From Bacteroidales bacterium (GTDB lineage: Bacteria > Bacteroidota > Bacteroidia > Bacteroidales > VadinHA17), in assembly GCA_025358645.1 (NCBI GenBank), contig JANYIW010000189.1:1-63807 (forward strand): a DNA stretch of 63,807 nucleotides. Direction: 5' to 3'. Below the pieces are notes generated by a model. It saw nothing but the letters and a program-made list of their open reading frames with translations. It did not search any database and was not told where the DNA came from. The position numbers were made by a program, and so were the translations under genes. Below are positions 1-8,302 of the stretch, one piece after another. Within the stretch, counting starts at the first letter, position 1; every line of letters starts with the position of its first letter.

Positions 1-1516
1 GGGCAAGCCGTTGCTGAAGCTCTTCATTTGTTCTTAAATCACATTTTTCAAGCTGTTTTATTAATGAGTTTCCCAGGAACTTATTAATTCCGATCTGGTA
101 CAGTTCTATTCCCCGCTCCAGAGATGACAAAGTGATTTTCATGTTATTGTAGGTAACTGAAGTAGTCCCGGGGAGTGATGCTGATTTAAGCTTTTGCAAA
201 ATCTCCCTTCCCTCGAACATCTTCCGGATTGTATAGGGACTGAGGAGATTAAAGTTAACCTGGTCAATCTTGCATGGATCTTTCCTCATATCGCGGACGG
301 GCCATTTCTGTGCATCTCTGATTGTCCCTACACTTTTCAGATTAATTCCGGGTACAAGTATACTTTCATCATTACTTTCTATGAGATATGAAAATGGAAG
401 AGAGGAAGTATCCATATTCTTATAATGACGGCCCATTATAAGTGTATATGGGCCTATACGTGCCGGCCACAGAAGATATGAATTACTTGTTGTCTTAGAA
501 CCCCTTTCCATTATTCCCTGGTGAATAGGTCCAAGTTTGTACATGTGGTTACTCTGGTTTGAACCGCTTCCTGCATTCATAAATGAAAAGATCCCCGCGA
601 TGAGCAGAGTTGATTTATGGTGAGTAACTGTGTAGGGTCCGGCAAATATTGAACATGCCTCTCCGTGATATCCGCCGCAGTTGGCAAAGAACAGGGAGTT
701 TTCTGCCGAATATTGTTTGGCAAGTATGCATCCCTGCCCGATGAAACACTTATCAATCAGTGTGGATTCAGTAACTCTTGATCCTGAACAGATAATAAAA
801 TGTTCCATTATGACACCCGGACCTATATAAACAGGGTCTGATTCAGAACTGTTTACCGATCCTTCATTAAGTGTTATGGCTCCTTCAATATGGCTGAAAG
901 AGCGAAATTTTACATTACGGATATTGCCTGAATTGAAAATTCTGGAGTTTCGTCCTATGGTTCCTCTTTCTGATGAATGTGACGAGGAATAATCATCAAC
1001 CATTTTCTCTATTATTCTTACAGCTTCACTTCTATGGCGGTATAAAGCTATTATGTATGCCTCGTGTGCAGAAAGCCTGTCCCAGATTTTTACTGCCCTA
1101 CCCCCGGTTTCATTCAGGACATTTACTGTAGTGCCGTTCCCGAAAGTTGAAACACCTTCTGTACAAATTTTCCCACAATTCTTTATAATTACGCTATCTT
1201 CTATATTATAATTTGCAATATAATCGCCAATATTATGGATTATAACATTTGATCCGATGGTACAGTTATGCAGTCGGGCGTTGAGGATACCGCTCGGTAT
1301 GCTGACTCCTGATTCATCGATAAATGGTTTATTGAATACGCCAAGGGTGATATCCCCTGAAAACATAACATTTCTGCAACAGGAAGGATCAAAACCCTCT
1401 TTAACTCCGACTCTGCTCCAGTCATTGCAACTGCAACCATTTTTCGTCAGGGATTCAACTTCCTGATTGGACAAATTCCGATGGGAAGGGGGTAAATATG
1501 TGGAAATAATATTCAC
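1..1516 (-). CDS. DUF4954-family protein (beta-helix / hexapeptide-repeat-like), N-terminal ~505 codons; 3' end runs off the window
   Basis: A minus-strand frame is open from 1516 to the window edge. It is missing from the ORF track because no stop lies in the window. The translation (...SHRNLSNQEVESLTKNGCSCNDWSRVGVKEGF...FANCGGYHGEACSIFAGPYTVTHHKSTLLIAG...) matches my recollection of the Bacteroidota DUF4954 family, which usually neighbours glmS. There is no ATG near the 5' end; GTG at 1516, 7 nt after the glmS stop, is the only plausible start. Confidence 0.6.
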   Translation of the reverse strand, partial: MNIISTYLPPSHRNLSNQEVESLTKNGCSCNDWSRVGVKEGFDPSCCRNVMFSGDITLGVFNKPFIDESGVSIPSGILNARLHNCTIGSNVIIHNIGDYIANYNIEDSVIIKNCGKICTEGVSTFGNGTTVNVLNETGGRAVKIWDRLSAHEAYIIALYRHRSEAVRIIEKMVDDYSSSHSSERGTIGRNSRIFNSGNIRNVKFRSFSHIEGAITLNEGSVNSSESDPVYIGPGVIMEHFIICSGSRVTESTLIDKCFIGQGCILAKQYSAENSLFFANCGGYHGEACSIFAGPYTVTHHKSTLLIAGIFSFMNAGSGSNQSNHMYKLGPIHQGIMERGSKTTSNSYLLWPARIGPYTLIMGRHYKNMDTSSLPFSYLIESNDESILVPGINLKSVGTIRDAQKWPVRDMRKDPCKIDQVNFNLLSPYTIRKMFEGREILQKLKSASLPGTTSVTYNNMKITLSSLERGIELYQIGINKFLGNSLIKQLEKCDLRTNEELQQRLA

Positions 1517-1522
1517 GTATTT

Positions 1523-3358
1523 CTATTCGACTGTTACTGATTTAGCCAGGTTCCTTGGCTGATCAACATTACACCCTCGTAATACAGCAATATGATATGA
1601 AAGTAATTGAAGCGGGATAACCGCGAGTAAGCCGGAAAAGACGGGAAGTGTTTCAGGAACTTCAAGAACATAGTCAGCCATTTTACTGATTATTTCATCG
1701 CCTTCGGTTACAATCGCAATTACAATTCCCTTTCTCGCTTTAATTTCCTGAATGTTACTTACCACCTTTTCATAAGTGTCATCTTTTGTTGCGACAACAA
1801 CAACAGGCATCTTCTCATCTATAAGTGCAATCGGACCATGCTTCATTTCCGCAGCAGGATAGCCTTCAGCGTGTATATACGAAATCTCCTTCAGTTTTAG
1901 AGCTCCTTCCAATGCAACAGGAAACAGATATCCTCTTCCAAGGTAAAGAGCATTGTGTGTATTCTGAAAAATTTTTGCAAGTTCAAGAGCCTGGTCGTTG
2001 ACTTTAAGTGCATTCTCAATTTTTTCGGGGATTGATGCCAGTTCTGTTATGAGGTCTTTATAGGCGGAATCGGAGAGAGTTCCCTTTTGATGACCTATTT
2101 CAAACGCCATCATTGCCAGAACCATGACCTGTGTAGTAAAGGCTTTCGTTGATGCGACACCGATTTCCGGACCGGCATGTGTATAAACACCTGCATCAGT
2201 TTCACGCGGGATACTGCTTCCGACAACATTACATATTCCTATGACTTTTGCCCCTTTTGCTCTTGCAAGTTTAATAGCGGCAAGGGTATCGGCTGTTTCT
2301 CCACTCTGGCTAATTGCAATTACAATATCCCCCTTTCTTATTATCGGATTCCTGTAACGGAATTCGGATGCATACTCCACTTCAACCGGAATCCGGGTGT
2401 ATTCTTCAAAAATATATTCTCCAACCAATCCTGCATGCCATGAAGTACCGCAGGCGATAATAATAATTCGTTCTGACTGGGCCATTGTCTCAATGACATC
2501 ATGCAGTCCTCCAAGCATTATGCCTGAATTATCAGGTAATACCCTGCCCCTGAAAGTATCATGAATTGCCCTTGGCTGTTCAAAAATTTCCTTTAGCATG
2601 AAATGAGCAAAACCTTCTTTGTCAATCTCCCCTATTTTAAGATCTATCTCCTTTACTTCCGGTTGTATTTTTTTTGTTCTGATTGATTTGAGAACAAGCT
2701 CATCCTTCTTTATGATAGCTATATCATCGTCATTCAGATATATTACCCTCTGTGTATATTCTACGATCGGTGTTGCATCCGAAGCGATAAAATTTTCACC
2801 GTCTCCCACTCCGATAACAAGCGGGCTTCCCTTTTTGGCAGCAAACAGTCTGTCGGGTTCTTTAGTACAGATAATTACTAGTCCGTATGCACCTTCAACC
2901 CTGTTTAGAGCCAGGGTAATTGCCTGTTCAGCAGTGAGATCACCCTCGAGGTACAGATGTTCAATGAGATTAGCAAGAACTTCAGTATCTGTTTGGCTCG
3001 TAAATTTTACACCTCTGCTCTCAAGGTGTTTCTTAAGAAGTGCATAATTCTCAATTATTCCGTTATGAACAACGACGAAGTTGCCTTTATAGGATACCTG
3101 GGGGTGGGCATTCAATTCATTAGGTTCTCCGTGCGTAGCCCATCTTGTATGCCCCATTCCAGTAGTTCCATTAAAGCTGGACTTGTTGACCAGGTCCTCA
3201 AGATCTTTTACTCTGCCAGCGCATTTAAAGATTTTTGTTTCGCCGTTTATTAGAGCTATGCCGGCAGAATCATATCCGCGATACTCAAGTCTTTTCAGAC
3301 CATTAATTATTATTTCACGGGCATTTTTTGATCCTATATAACCAATAATTCCGCACAT
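1523..3358 (-). CDS. glmS: glutamine--fructose-6-phosphate aminotransferase (isomerizing)
   Basis: 611 aa. It has the N-terminal MCGIIGY start (Ntn Cys glutaminase), tandem SIS-domain motifs (GTSWHAG, SQSGETADT) and the canonical C-terminus ...NLAKSVTVE. Confidence 0.97.
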   Translation of the reverse strand: MCGIIGYIGSKNAREIIINGLKRLEYRGYDSAGIALINGETKIFKCAGRVKDLEDLVNKSSFNGTTGMGHTRWATHGEPNELNAHPQVSYKGNFVVVHNGIIENYALLKKHLESRGVKFTSQTDTEVLANLIEHLYLEGDLTAEQAITLALNRVEGAYGLVIICTKEPDRLFAAKKGSPLVIGVGDGENFIASDATPIVEYTQRVIYLNDDDIAIIKKDELVLKSIRTKKIQPEVKEIDLKIGEIDKEGFAHFMLKEIFEQPRAIHDTFRGRVLPDNSGIMLGGLHDVIETMAQSERIIIIACGTSWHAGLVGEYIFEEYTRIPVEVEYASEFRYRNPIIRKGDIVIAISQSGETADTLAAIKLARAKGAKVIGICNVVGSSIPRETDAGVYTHAGPEIGVASTKAFTTQVMVLAMMAFEIGHQKGTLSDSAYKDLITELASIPEKIENALKVNDQALELAKIFQNTHNALYLGRGYLFPVALEGALKLKEISYIHAEGYPAAEMKHGPIALIDEKMPVVVVATKDDTYEKVVSNIQEIKARKGIVIAIVTEGDEIISKMADYVLEVPETLPVFSGLLAVIPLQLLSYHIAVLRGCNVDQPRNLAKSVTVE

Positions 3359-3412
3359 AATGAAGAAGTTTTAGAATTTCATTACGAAAGTAGTTATTCT
3401 GGTTCACAAAAT

Positions 3413-4801
3413 CTAGAACTTAGTATAGACAAATTCAAATTTTACCGGAGTTTTGTTTTTATTTGCCTTAAGGATAACATTTTTTGTTCCGGAACTCTGA
3501 TAAATTTCCAGTTCAGGTTTTACCTCTCCGGTGGCATCTTTGAGATATGCCTGAACAAAAGCAGGTATATTGAAATTATATACATTTGCTACAGAATCCA
3601 GTGTACCGTCAAAGAAACGGTGAGTTGGATCAAAGCTGGCCGATGCCATTAAATAGTCAGGAACATCAAATCTGGTTCCGCTTTTTATCCTAAACCTTAA
3701 ACGAAGACTCAGCGGTACAGAATTTAAGTATGATTTAGTACTTGTTTTATTGAAATTTATGGGAACTACAAGTTTGGCTTTATTAATTGCTACTTGCCCT
3801 AATGATCCATCATTTTTCAACTTTTCAAGACCCGGCAATGATACTTTTGTGAATACTCCATTAAAAGCCTGCAGGAACGAAAGTGTATCTCTGTAAGTTG
3901 TGTTTCTATGTGCCATATTATCTCCTAGAGTGGCAGTGGTATAATCATGTAAATATCTGTTATAGGATACGTTGGTATTCTTTGCATCAAGTATGAAAGA
4001 ATATGCTTTAGAAGAACCGGCGGAGTCATGTCCATATAAAACAAAAAAATTATAATAGGCTGACAGACTATGTAACAGACTTAAAGAAACAAGCAATGGT
4101 TCAGAACTCGAATTCATCTGAAAATAAAAGCCTTTGAAATACGATCTGAAATCAGGAATGATATTGCTGTGAAAAAGTTTTGTGGTGTCGCGCAAGAGAT
4201 AATTCCCAAGTTCTACCCCATTTCCCGGCAACCTGAGTGCAATATTGTTTATTGTATCGGTTCTCAATACAGGTAAATCTATATCGGCAACTTTAAATCC
4301 TGTCAGATTTAAAGGTGTCTTTGAATAGTAGGCTGAATCAATGTAAATCTGATTGGCTATTTCATATAAGCTGATAGAATGTATTATATTCGATCCGCCG
4401 CCTTTTGTTGTTAACAGATGCAGAAACAATTTCATCGAATCCACTGTAAATGGAAGACCATCCCATTTGTTGCTGAGTCTTAATTGCGAAACAAATCCTG
4501 CGCTTGTGGTACCAAAATATGGATCATAGTTCTTTCCAAGATAAGAAATTGAGGGATTGTTCGTACGGACTGAATCATCAGACATTGTATAAGAGAAAAC
4601 GCTTAATGTATCAATGGAATGTAATGAGACAAAATCGCTCTTCGGAAGGATATCTGCTCCGGTTTTTAAAACCTGTTTTTCGCATGAACTCACAACAGTA
4701 ACTATCAGGGCAAAAACTGTAAGACGAAATATTCTAAAGAGAGGCGGAGAGACAGAAACAATTCTGTTGGTATGTCGGGATCTATTATAATATCTTGTCA
4801 T
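3413..4801 (-). CDS. hypothetical lipoprotein (DUF4270-like)
   Basis: The long ORF spans 3413..4849. ATG at 4801 (MTRYYN...) is preferred because it precedes a signal/lipobox-like segment, LTVFALIVTVVSSC. The family label comes from remembered synteny with the short glycogen-synthase-like gene; the function is unknown. Confidence 0.55.
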   Translation of the reverse strand: MTRYYNRSRHTNRIVSVSPPLFRIFRLTVFALIVTVVSSCEKQVLKTGADILPKSDFVSLHSIDTLSVFSYTMSDDSVRTNNPSISYLGKNYDPYFGTTSAGFVSQLRLSNKWDGLPFTVDSMKLFLHLLTTKGGGSNIIHSISLYEIANQIYIDSAYYSKTPLNLTGFKVADIDLPVLRTDTINNIALRLPGNGVELGNYLLRDTTKLFHSNIIPDFRSYFKGFYFQMNSSSEPLLVSLSLLHSLSAYYNFFVLYGHDSAGSSKAYSFILDAKNTNVSYNRYLHDYTTATLGDNMAHRNTTYRDTLSFLQAFNGVFTKVSLPGLEKLKNDGSLGQVAINKAKLVVPINFNKTSTKSYLNSVPLSLRLRFRIKSGTRFDVPDYLMASASFDPTHRFFDGTLDSVANVYNFNIPAFVQAYLKDATGEVKPELEIYQSSGTKNVILKANKNKTPVKFEFVYTKF

Positions 4802-5588
4802 AAAAATCATTGTAGGCATCAATATATTCGGTTTCATCCTTAAATTCAAGAATCGGTTTGTTAACTGTTTTCAGGTATTTTTTCAATTCCTCGTTTATAT
4901 CTTCACTTCCGATAATGATTCCGTCAGAATATTTAATAGCCAGCTTAGATACATTAACAAAATCCGGGTTTTTAACCATTTTAAGGTTTTCTGCATCTAT
5001 TCCATCGAACCGTAGCTTATCCGCGAATGTTGATCTAAACGGAGTTTTAAAATCATTATTGTAAATGGAATAGATTATTTTGTAGTTATGAAAAAGAGGA
5101 TCATCATTGTAAATGCTCCTCAGATAAACCGGAACAAGAGCGGACATCCATCCGTGGCAGTGGACAATATCCGGCGCCCATCTCAGTTTCTTTACAGTTT
5201 CAATTACACCCCGGGCAAAAAACAATGCCCGCTCATCATTATCTTCAAATTCGCGTCCCGCAGCATCGCTGACAATATATTTTCGCTGGAAATAATCGTC
5301 ATTATCAATAAAATAGACCTGCATCCTGGCAGACTGAATAGACGCAACTTTGATTATAAGAGGATGGTCGGTATCGTCGATGATAAGATTCATCCCCGAA
5401 AGACGGATTACTTCATGAAGCTGATTCCTTCTTTCATTGATACAACCATACCTCGGCATGAAAGTCCGGATCTCTTTGCCTCTTTCCTGAATGCCCTGGG
5501 GTAGAAATCTTCCGATCTTCGACAACTTTGTCTCACTTAAATACGGAGTGATCTCTTGTGAAATGAATAATACCTTCCTGCTTTCCAT
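4785..5588 (-). CDS. short glycogen/starch synthase-like protein (GT5 N-terminal domain only)
   Basis: 267 aa. KVLFISQEITPY...RTFMPRYG...DIVHCHGWMSALVP resembles the catalytic N-domain of GlgA. This ~270-aa form is typical of Bacteroidota. Confidence 0.75.
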   Translation of the reverse strand: MESRKVLFISQEITPYLSETKLSKIGRFLPQGIQERGKEIRTFMPRYGCINERRNQLHEVIRLSGMNLIIDDTDHPLIIKVASIQSARMQVYFIDNDDYFQRKYIVSDAAGREFEDNDERALFFARGVIETVKKLRWAPDIVHCHGWMSALVPVYLRSIYNDDPLFHNYKIIYSIYNNDFKTPFRSTFADKLRFDGIDAENLKMVKNPDFVNVSKLAIKYSDGIIIGSEDINEELKKYLKTVNKPILEFKDETEYIDAYNDFYDKIL

Positions 5589-5701
5589 TTACATGCCTGG
5601 ATATACCATTTCTAATTAAAATGCAAAGATAATAAAAATTAATAACATAATAATAGAGGGATATTCATAGGTAACCCTTTAAATCATATTGTCCTATGCT
5701 T

Positions 5702-5792
5702 GAAAATCAATTTATCCACCCCAGCCCCAAGGGGAGTAAATTGATTTTCTTCGCTCCCCTTGGGGCCGGGGTAAACGAAGAAAATCAATAAA
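5702..5792. repeat. two adjacent hairpins with complementary CCCCAAGGGG / CCCCTTGGGG cores
   Basis: 5702-5714 (gaaaatcaattta) is the exact reverse complement of 5737-5749. The loop 5715-5736 (..accccagccccaaggggag) is the reverse complement, with 1 mismatch, of 5754-5772. ttcttcg/cgaagaa (5747-5753/5776-5782) brackets the second core, and a third partial arm lies at 5780-5792. Confidence 0.8.
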
Positions 5793-5796
5793 TTTG
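5789..5796 (+). promoter_or_regulatory. candidate Bacteroidota -7 box (TAAATTTG) for panC
   Basis: Matches the TAnnTTTG consensus 53 nt upstream of ATG 5849. No clear -33 TTTG. Confidence 0.35.
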
Positions 5797-5848
5797 TATA
5801 TAAGAGCCTTAAATGATGTATTTTAGTTTCGTAATAAATATTTAAATT

Positions 5849-6706
5849 ATGAAGGTAATAAATACTGTAATTGATCTGCAGAACCAATTAAGAAAAATGC
5901 ATCTTTCTCCCATAGGATTTGTACCTACAATGGGAGCTCTTCATGAGGGGCATTTATCTCTTGCTGAAAGCGCTGTACAACTATGTCCTGTAGTAGTTGT
6001 GAGTATTTTTGTGAATCCGACACAATTCAATGATAAAAATGACCTGAAGAATTATCCGAGAACGCCTGATAGCGACTTTGAACTACTCAGGAAGGTATTG
6101 CGGGAAACTGACCTCGTTTTTACTCCCGGCGTCAAAGAAATTTATCCTGAAGAAGATAAAAGAGAATTTCATTTTGGAAACCTCGAAAATGTTATGGAAG
6201 CTCTACACCGTCCCGGCCATTTTAACGGTGTTGCACAGGTTGTAAGCAGGTTGTTCGAAATAGTAAATCCCGATATTGCCATTTTTGGTTTGAAGGACTT
6301 TCAGCAACTAGCCGTTATCAGAGCTCTTGTAAAACAGACAGGCAACAAGGTAAGAATAATTGGTAATCCGATAGTCCGCGAAAATGACGGACTGGCTATG
6401 AGCAGCAGGAACCAGCTTTTGGATCCCAAAATAAGACTCAATTCACCCATAATCTATAAAACTATCTCAGCTGCCTCGGTAATGATTAAAGAGTATGATA
6501 TCAGGGAAATCAAATCATTCGTTGAAAAAAATATCAACAGTGTACCTGGATTTAATGTCGAATACTTTGAGATCGCAGACGATATGGAACTGATCCCTGT
6601 TAGCACAAAAGAAGAAATGAAAAAGGATAAAAAGTATTTTGGTTGCATTGCCGTTAAAGCAGGTAAAATTCGACTGATAGATAATATTGAAATTGGATTG
6701 GTCTGA
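5849..6706 (+). CDS. panC: pantoate--beta-alanine ligase
   Basis: 285 aa. GFVPTMGALHEGHLSL (HIGH-like motif), plus GHFNGV and MSSRN. Confidence 0.95.
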   Translation: MKVINTVIDLQNQLRKMHLSPIGFVPTMGALHEGHLSLAESAVQLCPVVVVSIFVNPTQFNDKNDLKNYPRTPDSDFELLRKVLRETDLVFTPGVKEIYPEEDKREFHFGNLENVMEALHRPGHFNGVAQVVSRLFEIVNPDIAIFGLKDFQQLAVIRALVKQTGNKVRIIGNPIVRENDGLAMSSRNQLLDPKIRLNSPIIYKTISAASVMIKEYDIREIKSFVEKNINSVPGFNVEYFEIADDMELIPVSTKEEMKKDKKYFGCIAVKAGKIRLIDNIEIGLV

Positions 6707-6720
6707 ACCAAAAGGTTAAT

Positions 6721-6728
6721 TACCTTTG
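6721..6728 (+). promoter_or_regulatory. candidate -7 box (TACCTTTG) upstream of panD
   Basis: A TAnnTTTG match 33 nt upstream of ATG 6761, in the 54-nt panC-panD spacer. Confidence 0.4.
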
Positions 6729-6760
6729 CCCTCTGATTAGGATCAACAGAATATCAAACA

Positions 6761-7111
6761 ATGTTAATAGAAGTAATAAAATCAAAAATCCACAAGGTTA
6801 CAATTACCGGGGCTAACCTCAATTATATAGGGAGTATTACAATTGATGAGGATCTTATAGATGCTGCAAACCTGATTGAAAACGAGAAAGTCTATGTTTT
6901 AGATCTGAATAATGGTGAACGTCTTGAGACTTATGTAATTAAAGGTGTCCGTGGGTCTGGAGATATCTGTCTTAATGGCGCTGCCGCCAGAAAGGTTATT
7001 GTTGGCGATGTTATTATTATTATGTCGTTCGGCTTACTCGATTTTCAGGAAGCTAAAACATTCAAACCAGTAATTATCTTCCCCGATACTAAAACCAATA
7101 AACTTATCTAA
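6761..7111 (+). CDS. panD: aspartate 1-decarboxylase proenzyme
   Basis: 116 aa. [29 protein letters not shown] contains the G-S self-cleavage site. Confidence 0.95.
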   Translation: MLIEVIKSKIHKVTITGANLNYIGSITIDEDLIDAANLIENEKVYVLDLNNGERLETYVIKGVRGSGDICLNGAAARKVIVGDVIIIMSFGLLDFQEAKTFKPVIIFPDTKTNKLI

Positions 7112-7113
7112 AG

Positions 7114-8187
7114 TTGAGAAAAGGTATTCTGCAGACTTTGAAATTTCTGGCTTTCTTAGCTATCGGAATCCTCTTATTGTGGTTTGCATTCCGAACTGTT
7201 AACTTTACAAAACTTGGAGCGGAATTGAAAGAAGCAAACTACTCATGGCTCCTGCTGTCAGTTCTCTTCGGGCTGTTTGCATTTATTAGCAGGGCAAGAA
7301 GATGGGTACTGCTTGTAAACCCTCTGGGTTTCAATCCTTCAACCAAAAATGCGTTTTACGCCCTGATGACAGGTTACCTTGCAAATGTAGCTCTTCCAAG
7401 AATAGGAGAAATAACGCGCTGTGTGGCATTGGGGAAAAAGGAAAAAATCCCGGTGGACCAACTGATCGGAACCGTAGTCATTGAGCGTACCATTGACTTT
7501 TTCTCCCTTCTTCTCATAATGATAATCCTGATATTCACCAGCGGTAATCAGATAGGTCTTTTTCTTAAAGAGAGTCTTCTCGTGCCAATAGGACAGAAAG
7601 TGTTTTCACTCTCCGGAAATACATGGGTTCTTTGGGTAATCCTCTTTTCTCTGAGTGCAATCACACTTTTTCTGATGATAAGGTACAAAAAAAAGCTACG
7701 TAAGATCCGTTTTTTTTCAAAGATGTTCGACCTTGCACGTGGTATAATAAACGGACTGAAATCTATTACCAATCTTAAAAGAAAATGGGAGTTTATCTTC
7801 CATACTGTTTTCATCTGGGTAAACTATTCATTAATGACATGGGTTGTGGTATTCTCCCTTGAGAGCACTTCACATCTGACTTTTGGAAACAGTATTTTTA
7901 TCCTTGTAATAGGAGGAATTGCAATGTCAGCTCCGGTTCCAAGCGGGATGGGTGCATTTCATTATTTCGTTTCACAAGGTCTTCTTATTGTAAATGGAAT
8001 ACCAATTGAAGATGGTTTAGCGTATGCATTGCTTACTCATGAATCACAGCTAATTTTTGTTGCGATTATCGGAGCAATATCTTTCTTTATAATTTTCAGA
8101 AAAGAAAAATCCCCCATTGTACCTATAATTCAACCCACTAACGCACCTATAGTCCAACCCCCCAACCCCCCAAATGGGGGGCTTTAG
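7114..8187 (+). CDS. flippase-like / lysylphosphatidylglycerol-synthase TM-region family membrane protein
   Basis: 357 aa and polytopic, with the motif LANVALPRIGEITRC. It starts at TTG, 2 nt after the panD stop. The last ~10 codons (..VQPPNPPNGGL*) and the stop lie inside the inverted-repeat arm 8157-8186. Confidence 0.65.
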   Translation: MRKGILQTLKFLAFLAIGILLLWFAFRTVNFTKLGAELKEANYSWLLLSVLFGLFAFISRARRWVLLVNPLGFNPSTKNAFYALMTGYLANVALPRIGEITRCVALGKKEKIPVDQLIGTVVIERTIDFFSLLLIMIILIFTSGNQIGLFLKESLLVPIGQKVFSLSGNTWVLWVILFSLSAITLFLMIRYKKKLRKIRFFSKMFDLARGIINGLKSITNLKRKWEFIFHTVFIWVNYSLMTWVVVFSLESTSHLTFGNSIFILVIGGIAMSAPVPSGMGAFHYFVSQGLLIVNGIPIEDGLAYALLTHESQLIFVAIIGAISFFIIFRKEKSPIVPIIQPTNAPIVQPPNPPNGGL

Positions 8188-8299
8188 ATATTTATATTCA
8201 TCTTGATTATCATATTGTTACAGTTATTTTATGTGGATCCTTTGAATCATTCTATGCAACTTTCTAATATAAAGCCCCCCATTTGGGGGGTTGGGGGGT
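8157..8299. repeat. 143-bp palindromic element with perfect 30-bp terminal inverted repeats
   Basis: 8157-8186 (ACCCCCCAACCCCCCAAATGGGGGGCTTTA) is the exact reverse complement of 8270-8299. The spacer is 83 bp and AT-rich. Each arm itself holds a C6-AAAT-G6 hairpin. Confidence 0.9.
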
Positions 8300-8302
8300 A
8301 AA

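Noticed and set aside
2177-3253. Plus-strand ORFs of 88, 142 and 98 aa inside glmS. Similar shadow ORFs lie inside metH (47372-50495), the PBP gene, topA, rnr, cysS and others.
   Set aside because: They lie antisense or out of frame within strongly supported conserved genes. Their compositions are low-complexity and Ser/Ile/Phe-rich, with no motifs, which is typical of shadow ORFs in AT-rich DNA.
3359-3412. glmS ribozyme upstream of glmS.
   Set aside because: Only 54 nt separate glmS from the preceding gene, too short for the ~170-nt ribozyme, and none of its conserved core is visible. It is also not expected in Bacteroidota.
5684-5887. 67-aa minus-strand ORF spanning the hairpin region and the panC start.
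   Set aside because: It overlaps the panC 5' end and the hairpin repeats (..PLGAGVDKLIF..). There are no motifs, and it sits in a divergent promoter region.
8291-8302. N-terminal extensions offered by the ORF track: radA TTG 8291, cysS 54063, ispG 55580, metY 53624, mlaE 23206, the HTH gene 63073 and the DUF4270-like gene 4849.
   Set aside because: The extensions fall in repeats, promoters or upstream genes and add non-conserved residues. The internal ATGs give N-termini that match the families, and for cysS and rbfA they sit at the expected distance from TAnnTTTG boxes.
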